The notes under the pieces were generated by a model. The model was not told the DNA's origin, searched no databases, and saw only the letters and a list, made by a program, of their open reading frames with translations. Shown piece after piece: positions 26,021 through 35,592 of a stretch of 64,000 bases of DNA (the first letter of the stretch is position 1; each line of letters begins with the position of its first letter). The stretch covers positions 137 to 64,136 of the forward strand of contig JBIKIW010000002.1 in the NCBI GenBank assembly GCA_044361365.1. Direction: 5' to 3'. Made by a program: the position numbers and the translations under genes. The DNA is from Limisphaerales bacterium (lineage in GTDB: Bacteria; Patescibacteriota; JACMRA01).

Positions 26021-27244
26021 ATGCCTGAGTCAACTAATTTTTTTAAAAATAGAATTTTTCTTGTAAGTTTTGTATCGGTTATAATAATAGGTATTTTGGC
26101 TGGGGGTGTTTTTTATTACAACTCGAAACAAAAAGATACAAAATCAGATAGTAAATCCAGTACAAAAGTAAAACCACCTAACAAAATTGAGGCTAAAATT
26201 AAGAATAAAGAAATTACGTACGCTAGTTGGATTCCTGATTGGGGAACTGACTCTGGATTAGAGAGTTTGAAACAAAATACTAAAGTTATCGACTCTATTT
26301 CACCTGTTTGGTATGAAGCAAATAAAAATGGAGAATTAGTAAATAAAACCCCTAAGAATTCTCAAGAAATGCTTGATTACGCTAGTAATAATCAAATTGA
26401 AATTATTCCTAGTATCGCTTGTTTTGATCATGAGATTTTGACTGAGATTTTGCAAAATCAAACTAACCTAGATAAGCATGTGGACTCCATTTTGAAAACT
26501 GTTTTAGATAATAATTATGACGGAATTGACATCGACTATGAGTCAACTAAGCTAAGTGATAAAGACAAATTTTTTGAGTTTTTGGAAAAGCTTTCAGGAA
26601 AATTAAAAACAAACCAGAAAAAATTAAGTATCGCAGTCTTGGCAAAGTGGGGAGATGATGTAATTTATCCAGGATTAAAAGAAACCCGTGCCGTTCAGGA
26701 CTGGTCAAAAATAGCCCCGCTAGTAGATGAAATCAGAATCATGACCTATGACTACACCGGCGGCGGGTCGCTTTATCCAGGGCCAATTGGACCGCTAAAT
26801 TGGCAAGAAGATGTAATTAAATACGCACTTACCAAAGCTCCAAAAGAAAAATATGTTTTAGGAGTTCATCTTTATGGATATGAACAGTGGGTAGAAGTTA
26901 AAAATCCATCTCAAGATAAAAAATTTGGTGATCCAAAACTAAAATTTACACCAGACTTTAAAAATCAGACCAGTGGAGAAGAACCTATGAGATCTTACAC
27001 CTATCAAACTGTTCAGAGGATACTCAAAGACTACCCAGGAACTACTGATAACTATCAAGGTGAAAAAATCTACAGTTATTCTAAAACCAATGATGATACT
27101 GGAATCTTAGAAAATCGAGTTTTAGTTTATATCGACCCAGAAGGTATTCAAGCTAGAAAAGATTTAGCTAAAAAATACGGACTTCAAGGTATTGCTTTTT
27201 GGAGGGTTGGAGCTGATGGGGATTTGTTGAAGGGGCTGAAGTAG
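26021..27244 (+). CDS. Glycoside hydrolase family 18 protein (chitinase / peptidoglycan hydrolase-like), membrane anchored
   Basis: GH18 catalytic motif NYDGIDIDYE, plus C-terminal GIAFWRVG. I prefer the ATG at 26021 over the TTG at 25982. Confidence 0.7.
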   Translation: MPESTNFFKNRIFLVSFVSVIIIGILAGGVFYYNSKQKDTKSDSKSSTKVKPPNKIEAKIKNKEITYASWIPDWGTDSGLESLKQNTKVIDSISPVWYEANKNGELVNKTPKNSQEMLDYASNNQIEIIPSIACFDHEILTEILQNQTNLDKHVDSILKTVLDNNYDGIDIDYESTKLSDKDKFFEFLEKLSGKLKTNQKKLSIAVLAKWGDDVIYPGLKETRAVQDWSKIAPLVDEIRIMTYDYTGGGSLYPGPIGPLNWQEDVIKYALTKAPKEKYVLGVHLYGYEQWVEVKNPSQDKKFGDPKLKFTPDFKNQTSGEEPMRSYTYQTVQRILKDYPGTTDNYQGEKIYSYSKTNDDTGILENRVLVYIDPEGIQARKDLAKKYGLQGIAFWRVGADGDLLKGLK

Positions 27245-27411
27245 TAGTACTTTAAAAAAGTCTTTGATCGTTCTACTTATATTTTTCCAAAAATTCTGGA
27301 ATTGCTTCCTCTTGGCTACCTTTGCCCAAGCTTTTTTGTTTAGCTAAAAGCCATAGATTATACAGACTATCGGTTTCTGGTTGCTTCTGCATATCTTTTG
27401 GTATACCCCTT

Positions 27412-28062
27412 TCAACTAAAAAAGTGCAAAATAAAGCAAGGATTGTTTATAAAATTTTCTTTCAGGTTATCTGGTAAATCTATTAAATTTTCTCCATCAC
27501 TTTGCGTTCCAAAAAATTGATAACCGTACAAGCCCATTGTGATTCGATCTGTTAAATAGTAAAAATAAACCAGGCTTAAATTTTCTGGATTCTTTTTAAG
27601 GCATTCATACATTTGCTTCAAACCTTCTTTTTGAAACTCTCTATCTCTATCAGAATGTTGATAACTTACCCAAGCAGCATCTATAACTTTAGAATCAAAC
27701 TCAGTTAAGCCAGGAAAACCTCCTATATTTTTGATAAATTGTTTTGATTCTTCTTCCAGGTCTTTCATCATAGCGTGAGCTTTTAAAAACAGATCATAAG
27801 CTACTTTTTCTTCTCCATTCATCTCTTCAGGGGTTTTTTCGTAAAATTCAGGATTTTTACCGTAACCTGAATCAAAGACTTTTTCAAGCATTCTTCTTGG
27901 AGCTTGATCTTTTTCGAGGGTTTCTTTGGCCCACTTGTTGGCATATTCTTGTTTTTTTAATAACTCCCAGCCTTTTTCCGCCAAGGTTTTTTTGGCTTGC
28001 TGACCTTCATAATTAGTTTTTGGAACTTTATCTAAAGTGGTTTCTAAACTAGAATCAAACAT
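27412..28062 (-). CDS. Hypothetical protein (216 aa)
   Basis: Long ORF with normal composition; no motif recognised. Confidence 0.45.
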   Translation of the reverse strand: MFDSSLETTLDKVPKTNYEGQQAKKTLAEKGWELLKKQEYANKWAKETLEKDQAPRRMLEKVFDSGYGKNPEFYEKTPEEMNGEEKVAYDLFLKAHAMMKDLEEESKQFIKNIGGFPGLTEFDSKVIDAAWVSYQHSDRDREFQKEGLKQMYECLKKNPENLSLVYFYYLTDRITMGLYGYQFFGTQSDGENLIDLPDNLKENFINNPCFILHFFS

Positions 28063-28110
28063 ATTAAAACTTATAAATTAGTATTAGCTAGTTTGATCTT
28101 TTGTACAACT

Positions 28111-29424
28111 CTAATCAATCAAAGTCTCATTTTCAACTGTAGGAATTTGGTTGGAAGATTGGTCTAAAAGCAAGATATTTCTTTCCACTCCAAGTAGGTT
28201 TTTTTCGGCTTGATCGTAATTTTGTTGAGCTTGCCTAATTTTCTCTCCAAGCTTTCGGTATTCATTTTTGAAGCTATCAATATTTTTTTGAATTTGCTTT
28301 AAACCAAGTACAATATTTTCGGCATTTTGACTGATTTCCAACCTAAACTGGTAGGCTTTAATCAGCATGATTTGAGGGAAAATGGTGTTTGGAGAAATAA
28401 TAGAAACTTTTTGTTTGCGTAAAAATTCCAAAACCTCCTGATTTTTTTCGGTATCCAAAACTTCGTTGTATAAACTTTCACTTGGTAAATACAAAAACAG
28501 CGAATCCACAAAATTATTTTTGTAATATTTTTCTCCAATTTCTTTAGCCATCGCCATAACCGTTCGTAAAAATTCTTTTCTTTTACCTTCTCGTTCACCG
28601 ATTTCAGCTTCGATATAATCTTGATATTTAGTAAGTGGGAATTTGGCGTCAATTCCAATTTTACGATCATCAACATAAATCACAAAATCAATAATTTCAT
28701 TAGAATTTGGGACCTTGATTTGTTTGCCCCAACTGTCTTTGGCTAAATTTTCATCGAGTAAACTTTCCAAATAATTTTCGGCAAATCCACCAAAAGCTTT
28801 GGAGCTAGTTCGACTAAAAATTGTGTTTAGTTTTTCCACCGATTTGGTAGATTCAATCATCTTTTGAGCAGTGGACTGAATTTGACCTAGATTTTGGCTA
28901 ACTTCTTGGAAAGATTTGAGATTCCTAGCAAAGTTTTCGTCCAGTTTTTTTTGCACATCCAGGTTGATTTGATCAAGTCTTTGTTGGTTGGTTTTATTTA
29001 GTAACTCAAAATTTTTGTTGTTGATTTCTACTAAACTTTGGATTGATTGATTTAATTTTTCTTGAATTGAGTTTTGAATTCCAGTAAGTTTTAGCTGGTT
29101 GTTTTCTTGCATTTTTTGAAACTGAATTTCTAGCTTTGAAGACTGTTCGCTAAGCATCAATTTTTGTTCACTTTTGAGCATTAAAAAATTGGTTTCTAGT
29201 TTGTTTTCATAGTTATTGAGAGCTTCAATTTGACTTCGTTGATTCAGATTCATTTTGTCCATCATTCTTTCCACAAACTCACTTTGAGACTGTCCTAGTT
29301 TTAAAAATAGGCTGTTAACTAATTTTTCTTCGTCCAATTTTTCTGTTCCAGGCTGTTGACGAGAGATTAGAAAAAGTACCATTCCTAAAATGATTACCAA
29401 TATAAATATGATCAAAAAATCCAT
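28111..29424 (-). CDS. rmuC: DNA recombination protein RmuC
   Basis: N-terminal TM helix, a long Q/N/L-rich coiled coil, and a C-terminal nuclease-like core IIDFVIYVDDRKIGIDAKFPL. Confidence 0.7.
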   Translation of the reverse strand: MDFLIIFILVIILGMVLFLISRQQPGTEKLDEEKLVNSLFLKLGQSQSEFVERMMDKMNLNQRSQIEALNNYENKLETNFLMLKSEQKLMLSEQSSKLEIQFQKMQENNQLKLTGIQNSIQEKLNQSIQSLVEINNKNFELLNKTNQQRLDQINLDVQKKLDENFARNLKSFQEVSQNLGQIQSTAQKMIESTKSVEKLNTIFSRTSSKAFGGFAENYLESLLDENLAKDSWGKQIKVPNSNEIIDFVIYVDDRKIGIDAKFPLTKYQDYIEAEIGEREGKRKEFLRTVMAMAKEIGEKYYKNNFVDSLFLYLPSESLYNEVLDTEKNQEVLEFLRKQKVSIISPNTIFPQIMLIKAYQFRLEISQNAENIVLGLKQIQKNIDSFKNEYRKLGEKIRQAQQNYDQAEKNLLGVERNILLLDQSSNQIPTVENETLID

Positions 29425-29821
29425 AGTTTTTTATTTAAACAATCAATTAGAGGTTTATGAGCTAGATTATGTCAAAGAAAGCATTGAACTTTTGGCTTTA
29501 GAAAAATCTGAAAAAAGACTCCAGCTCTTTGAAACTTTTGAAGGTGTTTGGCTAGAAATTTGGGAAAAGATTAAAAAAACTTCTGAGATTTATTTTGTAC
29601 TTGGCGATCAGGCAGGATTTACTAATACTAGAATTGTATATTTGTGGTTAAAAAGTCTATCCGAATTTGGGCTTTCAATTGAATTAAAAATAGTTAAAAA
29701 TAGTAATTTTGTAGATCTTCAAAATCAACCTTTTAGTCTTATTAAATCAATCCTTCAATCAGCTACCAAGCAGGATTTGCTCTACAGTCAGGAGCCAAGG
29801 ATCGGTCAGAAGATTAATTAA
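29390..29821 (+). CDS. tsaB: Short TsaB (YeaZ)-like protein
   Basis: IYFVLGDQAGFTNTRIVYLWLKSLS resembles the TsaB GPGSFTGLRIG...KGLA segment. Only 143 aa. The start may be the ATG at 29411. Confidence 0.35.
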   Translation: MITNINMIKKSIVFYLNNQLEVYELDYVKESIELLALEKSEKRLQLFETFEGVWLEIWEKIKKTSEIYFVLGDQAGFTNTRIVYLWLKSLSEFGLSIELKIVKNSNFVDLQNQPFSLIKSILQSATKQDLLYSQEPRIGQKIN

Positions 29822-29899
29822 GCCTAGCCAAGAAATTTCACATACTGAAAAAACAACCATTTGGGGTTGGAATATTTGAATTTAAACTTTTATAAAAAA

Positions 29900-30298
29900 T
29901 TATTTAAGCTTTTTTTCAACGGTTTTGAGGGCAGATTTGCCTTTTTGTTTCTTCCAATAAAAATATCCAAAACTTAGACAGGCTAGAATTACAACTGCGA
30001 TAAACCAATCAAAACCTCCACTTCTAACTGTAGTTGCTGGTTGAACTTGGGTAGTGACTGATTGTTGAGTTACTACTATAGAATTGTTTTGCAAAGATGA
30101 ATTAGTTTGAGTCGAGGAGGAAGGAGAAGATCTTTGGTTTGGAGAAGGCAGTCCAACTTGAGTAGTTTTTTGATCTGGAGGAGTAGCATCTCCAGGCATA
30201 GCTTGGGCATTAGCCCCAATTTGCACAAAAAGTGGAAAAATCAAGCTGATAAAAACCAGGCTCCAGAAAAAAGTTCGTTTATTAAGATAAATATTCAC
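29900..30298 (-). CDS. Secreted S/T/Q/P-rich protein with a C-terminal TM anchor
   Basis: Signal peptide ...FPLFVQIGANAQA, a low-complexity region, then FDWFIAVVILACLSFGYFYWKKQK. Confidence 0.5.
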   Translation of the reverse strand: MNIYLNKRTFFWSLVFISLIFPLFVQIGANAQAMPGDATPPDQKTTQVGLPSPNQRSSPSSSTQTNSSLQNNSIVVTQQSVTTQVQPATTVRSGGFDWFIAVVILACLSFGYFYWKKQKGKSALKTVEKKLK

Positions 30299-30377
30299 TT
30301 AAACATATTAACACAAAATATACTTTATTTCAAATTTAAAATTAGACTTGCTCTAACAACTCAAAAGATGAACCTAT

Positions 30378-30504
30378 AGCTAAACCAATATTAAACTAAA
30401 CACTTGTCTGCGGATACTGGCATCATCACATATTCCTAATTTAGAAAGACTTTAAAGCTCAAACAGTCCTCGCCTTCGTTATCTACTTTAAATATGATTT
30501 AGCT
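30378..30504 (-). mobile_element. MITE-like element, family B, copy 2 (about 127 bp)
   Basis: agctaaaccaatattaaactaaacacttgtctgcgg...cagtcctcgccttcgttatctactttaaatatgatttagct. The termini form an imperfect inverted repeat of about 25 nt (AGCTAAAYCAWATTWAAASTARA). Confidence 0.7.
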
Positions 30505-30612
30505 ATATTTAATACCAAATTGCTTAAAAGTACGTAAACAAATTTAGGGATGTGAATGAAAAAACATCTATCGAAGTTTATAATCACCTAAAAACTATCA
30601 CTCGTTTAAATA

Positions 30613-31689
30613 CTAACTATCTAACAAAGAAACTGCTCCTATTTTACCATCAATTTTGTTCAAAAATTCTCTTCCTTTGTGGGTCAATTTTCGACCTTCA
30701 ATACCTTTGTCGATAAAACCAAGGTGTAATAAATATGGTTCAATTACAGTTTCTACTGTGGCAGACTCTTCCATCAAGATTGCACTCAAGGTTTTTAGTC
30801 CGTTAGCTCCATTTTCTAAAGAACGAAGGTAATTTAAGTCAGCTGAGGTTAGTCCATTTTTATAAATTCCAAGCTCGTCTAAGATTTCTTCCGTTTTGGC
30901 TTTATTAATGATTTTAATTTTGTGAACCAACTGGTAATCTCTAATCCTTTTTAAAAGATTGTTTGTGACCCTAGGGACTCCTCTACACCTTTGGCAAATA
31001 AGCATTTTGGACTCTTCGTCTAATTTTATTTTCAATACACTAGAATTACGATCGATTAATTCTAAAATTTCACTTGGGTTATAAGCCTGTAGATGAAAAA
31101 CATTAGTAAAACGATCTTTTAGGGGTTTAGATAATTTCCCGAGTTGAGTGGTAGCTCCCACAATCGTAATTGGTGGCAAATCTATTCGTACAGCCTTGGC
31201 GGTAGTAGCTTTACCCATTACCAAGTCCACCTGAAAGTTTTCCATGGCTCCATAAAGAGTTTCTTCTAAAGGTGCTTTCAGACGGTGAATTTCATCGATA
31301 AATAAAACTGTCTTAGGTTCAATGTTTACCAAAATGCTTACCAGATCTCCGACTCTTTGTAGTGAAGGGGCAGCAATGACTTTGAAGTTAGCTTGGATTT
31401 CTCGACTAATCAAGCTGGCAATTGTTGTTTTTCCAAGACCTGGTTGTCCATAAAACAAAAGGTGTTCGGGTAACCTATCCCGAATTTTACTAGATTCTAA
31501 AATCAAACTGAGTTGTTTTCGTAATTTATCTTGACCGATGTAGTCTTTGAGAGAATTTGGTCTGAGCTGCAAAAACTCTTCTTCTTCACGATTAGTTAGC
31601 CAGTCTAAATTATTTTTTTCAACTGGTTTTGGTTCGCTGGGGTTAGCTTCAACTTCTGGATTGTCTTGATTTTGGCTTGAAACTATCAT
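30613..31689 (-). CDS. ruvB: Holliday junction branch migration helicase RuvB
   Basis: LRPNSLKDYIGQDKLRKQL, Walker A GQPGLGKTT, Walker B LFIDEIHRL, GATT. Confidence 0.9.
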   Translation of the reverse strand: MIVSSQNQDNPEVEANPSEPKPVEKNNLDWLTNREEEEFLQLRPNSLKDYIGQDKLRKQLSLILESSKIRDRLPEHLLFYGQPGLGKTTIASLISREIQANFKVIAAPSLQRVGDLVSILVNIEPKTVLFIDEIHRLKAPLEETLYGAMENFQVDLVMGKATTAKAVRIDLPPITIVGATTQLGKLSKPLKDRFTNVFHLQAYNPSEILELIDRNSSVLKIKLDEESKMLICQRCRGVPRVTNNLLKRIRDYQLVHKIKIINKAKTEEILDELGIYKNGLTSADLNYLRSLENGANGLKTLSAILMEESATVETVIEPYLLHLGFIDKGIEGRKLTHKGREFLNKIDGKIGAVSLLDS

Positions 31690-31831
31690 TTGAGGGGTTT
31701 TTAATTTTGTTAGTAATTTTTATAATTGGTTTTATCGTTGCTTTGTCTTTAATTTTAAATTAAGAGGTTTTTTCATTAAAAACTAAGATTACCTTTTGAA
31801 ATTTTTAAGCCTAGAGCTAGTTTATATTTTA

Positions 31832-33307
31832 TTAAGATAAACTTTTTTCAAGTAATTCTTTAAATCTTTGAGGGTTACCTTTTCCTTTACTTTCTTTCAT
31901 ACAAGCTCCAACCAAAAATCCAATTACCTGAACTTTTCCGGACTTATACTGCTCAACTACAGTTGAATTATTTGCAATCACAGCATCTACAAAAACTTGC
32001 AAAGCGGAATCATCTGAAACTTGCATCAAACCTTCTTTTTCTATTGTTTCTAGGGCATTTTTATCTGGATTTTGAGTTAAAATCTCAACGGCTTTGGAAA
32101 GAGCTTGGTTGCTAATTTTTTTCTGTCTGAAAAGTTCAGCTAAATCTAAAGCTTGTTGGCTAGAAAGAACTTTCGAAATTGGGATTTCTAATTTTAAGGC
32201 TTGAGATAAAACTCCTCCTGAAATTAAGTTGCCAACTGCACGATAAATTTCTTGGTAATTTGAATCTTCTGTTTTGATTAAATCAGTAGTTTGATTAAAA
32301 AGATCTCCGACTTCGTTTTGGCTGACGAATAGGTTGGTAATTTGTAGATTTAAACCTTTTTCCAAATATTTTTCTCGCTTTTGCATTGGTAAAATCGTTA
32401 GGTCATTTTTGGAAGGAATATCACCGTCTGAAATGGCTAAAATTTGTAGATCTGGTTCTGGAAAATATCTGTAATCGTGAGCGTCTTCCTTGCCTCTTTG
32501 GCTTACGGATTTATTCAAATCATCTCTCCAACCACGAGTTTCTTGAGCTGGTGTCTGACCTTCTTCTAAAAGTTTAGTTTGTCTTATAATTTCACTTTCA
32601 ATAGCTCTTCCTAACGCTCTAATTGAATTGATGTTTTTGATTTCAACTTTGTAATTTGGTAATCTTCCAGCTTCTTTTTGTTCTGGAGTTTGAAGACTGA
32701 TATTGCAGTCAAATCTCATCTGACCTTTTTCCATGTCGGCTCCAGAAATATCTAAAGTTCGTACCAAAAGTTGTAGCTCTGACACAAAAGCCGTTGCTTC
32801 TGGAGTTGAGCGAATTTCAGGTTCAGTTACAATTTCAATCAAAGGTGAACCTGATCGGTTATAGTCAACCAAAGTTTTTTCGCCTACGTGTAAAGATTTT
32901 CCAGCATCAGATTCTAAATGAGCTCTGGTTAAATTAACGGCACATTTTTGATAATTTTTACCGTCTTCATTGTCGATATAAAATTCCACTTTGCCGCCTT
33001 CCACTATTGGATTGTCGTATTGGCTGATTTGATAACCAGTAGGTAAATCTGGATAAAAATAATTTTTTCTGTCCCAGCGGGTTTTACTAGGTATTTTAGC
33101 ATTTACGGCAACTCCAAAAGAAATAGCTTTTTTGACAGCAACTTTGTTTAAAAATGGTAATGCCCCAGGTTGACCTGTGCAAAATTCACAGATATTTTTG
33201 TTTGGTTCATCAGGAATATATTCATTTAGACACCTACAAAAGAGTTTGGTTTTGGTGTTTAGCTGAACGTGAATTTCTAATCCAATAATTGGAAAAAAGC
33301 TGGGCAT
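31832..33307 (-). CDS. gatB: Asp/Glu-tRNA amidotransferase subunit B
   Basis: IGLEIHVQLNTKTKLFCRC, CEFCTGQPGALP, DYNRSGSPLIEIVTEP, RFDCNISL. Confidence 0.9.
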   Translation of the reverse strand: MPSFFPIIGLEIHVQLNTKTKLFCRCLNEYIPDEPNKNICEFCTGQPGALPFLNKVAVKKAISFGVAVNAKIPSKTRWDRKNYFYPDLPTGYQISQYDNPIVEGGKVEFYIDNEDGKNYQKCAVNLTRAHLESDAGKSLHVGEKTLVDYNRSGSPLIEIVTEPEIRSTPEATAFVSELQLLVRTLDISGADMEKGQMRFDCNISLQTPEQKEAGRLPNYKVEIKNINSIRALGRAIESEIIRQTKLLEEGQTPAQETRGWRDDLNKSVSQRGKEDAHDYRYFPEPDLQILAISDGDIPSKNDLTILPMQKREKYLEKGLNLQITNLFVSQNEVGDLFNQTTDLIKTEDSNYQEIYRAVGNLISGGVLSQALKLEIPISKVLSSQQALDLAELFRQKKISNQALSKAVEILTQNPDKNALETIEKEGLMQVSDDSALQVFVDAVIANNSTVVEQYKSGKVQVIGFLVGACMKESKGKGNPQRFKELLEKSLS

Positions 33308-33449
33308 AATCTACTTTTAACCTAATTTAAGTTAGCTTTTATCGTCAAGATAAGTAACTTTATAATCTATCGTATCAAGTTTTATAGAGAGCATTATTAA
33401 CTGAATATCTTGACTATCTTTTTTAAACCTAGAACTATCAGATAGTAAT

Positions 33450-33773
33450 ATGTCTGACGCTCAAAAAATTACCACTCAAACTACCAAAAAAATGGCTTCT
33501 TTATCAAGAATTCGTAGCAATCCAAGTGACGATTTTTTAGAAATTAATACTCAAAACCTGAACGGAATTTTAGACTATATTAAAGAAATTCAATCTGTAG
33601 ATACTGGTAATATTTCTCCCACAGATATAATTCAAACAATCACAATTGATAAACTCCGAGAAGATGCACCAGAAACCGACCAAATCAAATATCAAGCTAA
33701 AAGGCAAAGAATTATTGCTAATTTCCCTAAAAAACAGGGTACTTTATTAATAATTCCAAATAGAATTATCTAG
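33450..33773 (+). CDS. gatC: Asp/Glu-tRNA amidotransferase subunit C
   Basis: LNGILDYIKEIQSVDTGNISPT...KLREDAPE...LLIIPNRI fits the GatC pattern. It lies divergent from gatB. Confidence 0.6.
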   Translation: MSDAQKITTQTTKKMASLSRIRSNPSDDFLEINTQNLNGILDYIKEIQSVDTGNISPTDIIQTITIDKLREDAPETDQIKYQAKRQRIIANFPKKQGTLLIIPNRII

Positions 33774-33776
33774 CAA

Positions 33777-35528
33777 ATGCCAACTTCAATCAAAGAATAC
33801 CGCAAAAGATTTAGTTACCGAATTCTAGAAAGTGTTTTGGGGGTATCAACTCTTACATTTTTTTTAATTCTAACACTGCTTGCAATATTTTTACCCGCGC
33901 TCTTGGCTGTTTTTCTGATTGGATATAGTTTTTTAACAGTTTTACGAACTGGTTTGCACGCTGTTTACACCATCTATACTTACCAATATTTGCATCGCTG
34001 GGAAAAATTGAACTGGAAAGTTTTGTTAGATGAGATGGAAACTGACCCAGAAAAAGCTTTGGATACTTTGCATAAATTTGAACGAAAATATCAGCAAAAA
34101 ATTGATTGGCACAAACGCATTCAAGAAGACATGGCAAGATTCCATGACATTCAAAATACCAAGTTTGCTAAACCTGGGAGAATTTTTCATTTTCCAATTT
34201 TTGCGGTCTATAACGAAGCTCCCGAAATAATCGCCCGTTCCCTTAAAAATATTTTTGATTCAGGTTATGATTTAGAAAAAGTTTTTGTATTTATTTCCCA
34301 AGAAGCTAGAGCTGGAGAAGAAAATAACCTTAGATTAAAAGAATATCTGGAATCTCAAAGCTGGTTAAATGTTTATCAAAGCCTTGAAACAGATTTAGAA
34401 AAAGTATATTCCCCAAATCACAACGAACTTGATTACCAAAACCCTGAATTTACCAAAATCACATCTAAAAAAGCTAAATTAACTGTTGTCCTAACTCAAC
34501 ACCCAGATGGACTAGAAGGTGAAATTCGAGGCAAGGCTAGTAATGAAGATTGGGGTGGGCGGCAAGCTAGTTTGTTTGTAAAAGCTAATAATTTGGACCC
34601 CGAAATGGTGGTACTTACAAGTTTAGACTCAGATTCCAAAATTGGACCCTACTTTTTGCAAATGCTTAGCTATAGATACTGCCTCAGCGAAGACCGCTCC
34701 AAAGCTGGTTTTCAGCCGCTACCAGTTTATGCAAATAACTTTTTTCAATCTAATTTATTTCCAAGAATTGTAGCCACCAACACTACCATTTGGTATATGG
34801 TACAAGCTAGTTTACTTGATGAATTGCACTTTTTCGCCAACTACGCCGTGCCGCTAACAGTCTTACGCAAAATTGATTTTTGGAATCGTGAAGTAATTGC
34901 CGAAGACAGCCTTTTGTTCGCAAAGTGTTATGTAGGGTTTGCGGGAGATTTTAGGGTAATTCCTTTTTATGGAACTTTTGAAGGTGATGCTGTGGAAGGT
35001 GAAGACTACTTGGAGGCAATTATAAATCAATACAAACAATTACAGCGTTGGGCATGGGGTGGAATTGAAGGTTTTCCGTACAAATTTCAAAAGTTCTTTT
35101 TAGAAGAAGAAGGTAAAAAAATTCCTCTCAAAAAACGCTTAAAAATGATTAGATTAGAATTTTTAGGTCACTTTTTTTGGGCAACTTTACCTCTCACTTT
35201 TTCGGTTTTTATATTTCTTCCTCAGATGTTTGGGAGCCAACAATACCGCGAATCTGCTGTGCAACTCAACCTCTGGATTTTTGGACAATATTTTACTTGG
35301 ATAAGTTTTGTTTACCTTATAATTTCAAGCTATATCACCTTTGCTTTTATCGCTCGTAAAGCCACTAAAAATATTAAAGTTCGCTGGTATCATTGGATTG
35401 TAGTGTCTCTTCAGTGGGTAGTTTCTCCAGCAATTTTTATTATGATGAGCCCTCCTGCTCTTGATGTGCAAATTCGAGGAATCCTAGGTAAATATTTGGG
35501 TTATTGGGTAACTCCAAAAAAAGATTAA
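33777..35528 (+). CDS. Membrane-embedded family 2 glycosyltransferase (processive, synthase-like)
   Basis: N- and C-terminal TM helices flank a cytoplasmic domain with LDSDS, EDS and YKQLQRWAWG (QxxRW). Confidence 0.55.
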   Translation: MPTSIKEYRKRFSYRILESVLGVSTLTFFLILTLLAIFLPALLAVFLIGYSFLTVLRTGLHAVYTIYTYQYLHRWEKLNWKVLLDEMETDPEKALDTLHKFERKYQQKIDWHKRIQEDMARFHDIQNTKFAKPGRIFHFPIFAVYNEAPEIIARSLKNIFDSGYDLEKVFVFISQEARAGEENNLRLKEYLESQSWLNVYQSLETDLEKVYSPNHNELDYQNPEFTKITSKKAKLTVVLTQHPDGLEGEIRGKASNEDWGGRQASLFVKANNLDPEMVVLTSLDSDSKIGPYFLQMLSYRYCLSEDRSKAGFQPLPVYANNFFQSNLFPRIVATNTTIWYMVQASLLDELHFFANYAVPLTVLRKIDFWNREVIAEDSLLFAKCYVGFAGDFRVIPFYGTFEGDAVEGEDYLEAIINQYKQLQRWAWGGIEGFPYKFQKFFLEEEGKKIPLKKRLKMIRLEFLGHFFWATLPLTFSVFIFLPQMFGSQQYRESAVQLNLWIFGQYFTWISFVYLIISSYITFAFIARKATKNIKVRWYHWIVVSLQWVVSPAIFIMMSPPALDVQIRGILGKYLGYWVTPKKD

Positions 35529-35592
35529 TCAAAAACCCTTGCCAAAGCTTATTTCGTAGGTTAAAATACCTGTAAATAAAAACAAAAATTCA

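Noticed and set aside
27278-27391. 37-aa minus-strand ORF (MQKQPETDSLYNLWLLAKQKSLGKGSQEEAIPEFLEKYK) downstream of the 216-aa hypothetical gene.
   Set aside because: It is too short to support without conservation data. It could be real or a remnant of the upstream gene's former C-terminus.
29390-29424. 35-nt head-to-head overlap of the rmuC and tsaB-like start regions as a regulatory feature.
   Set aside because: This most likely reflects uncertain start choice for the weakly supported tsaB-like ORF. The alternative ATG at 29411 still overlaps, and there is no further evidence.
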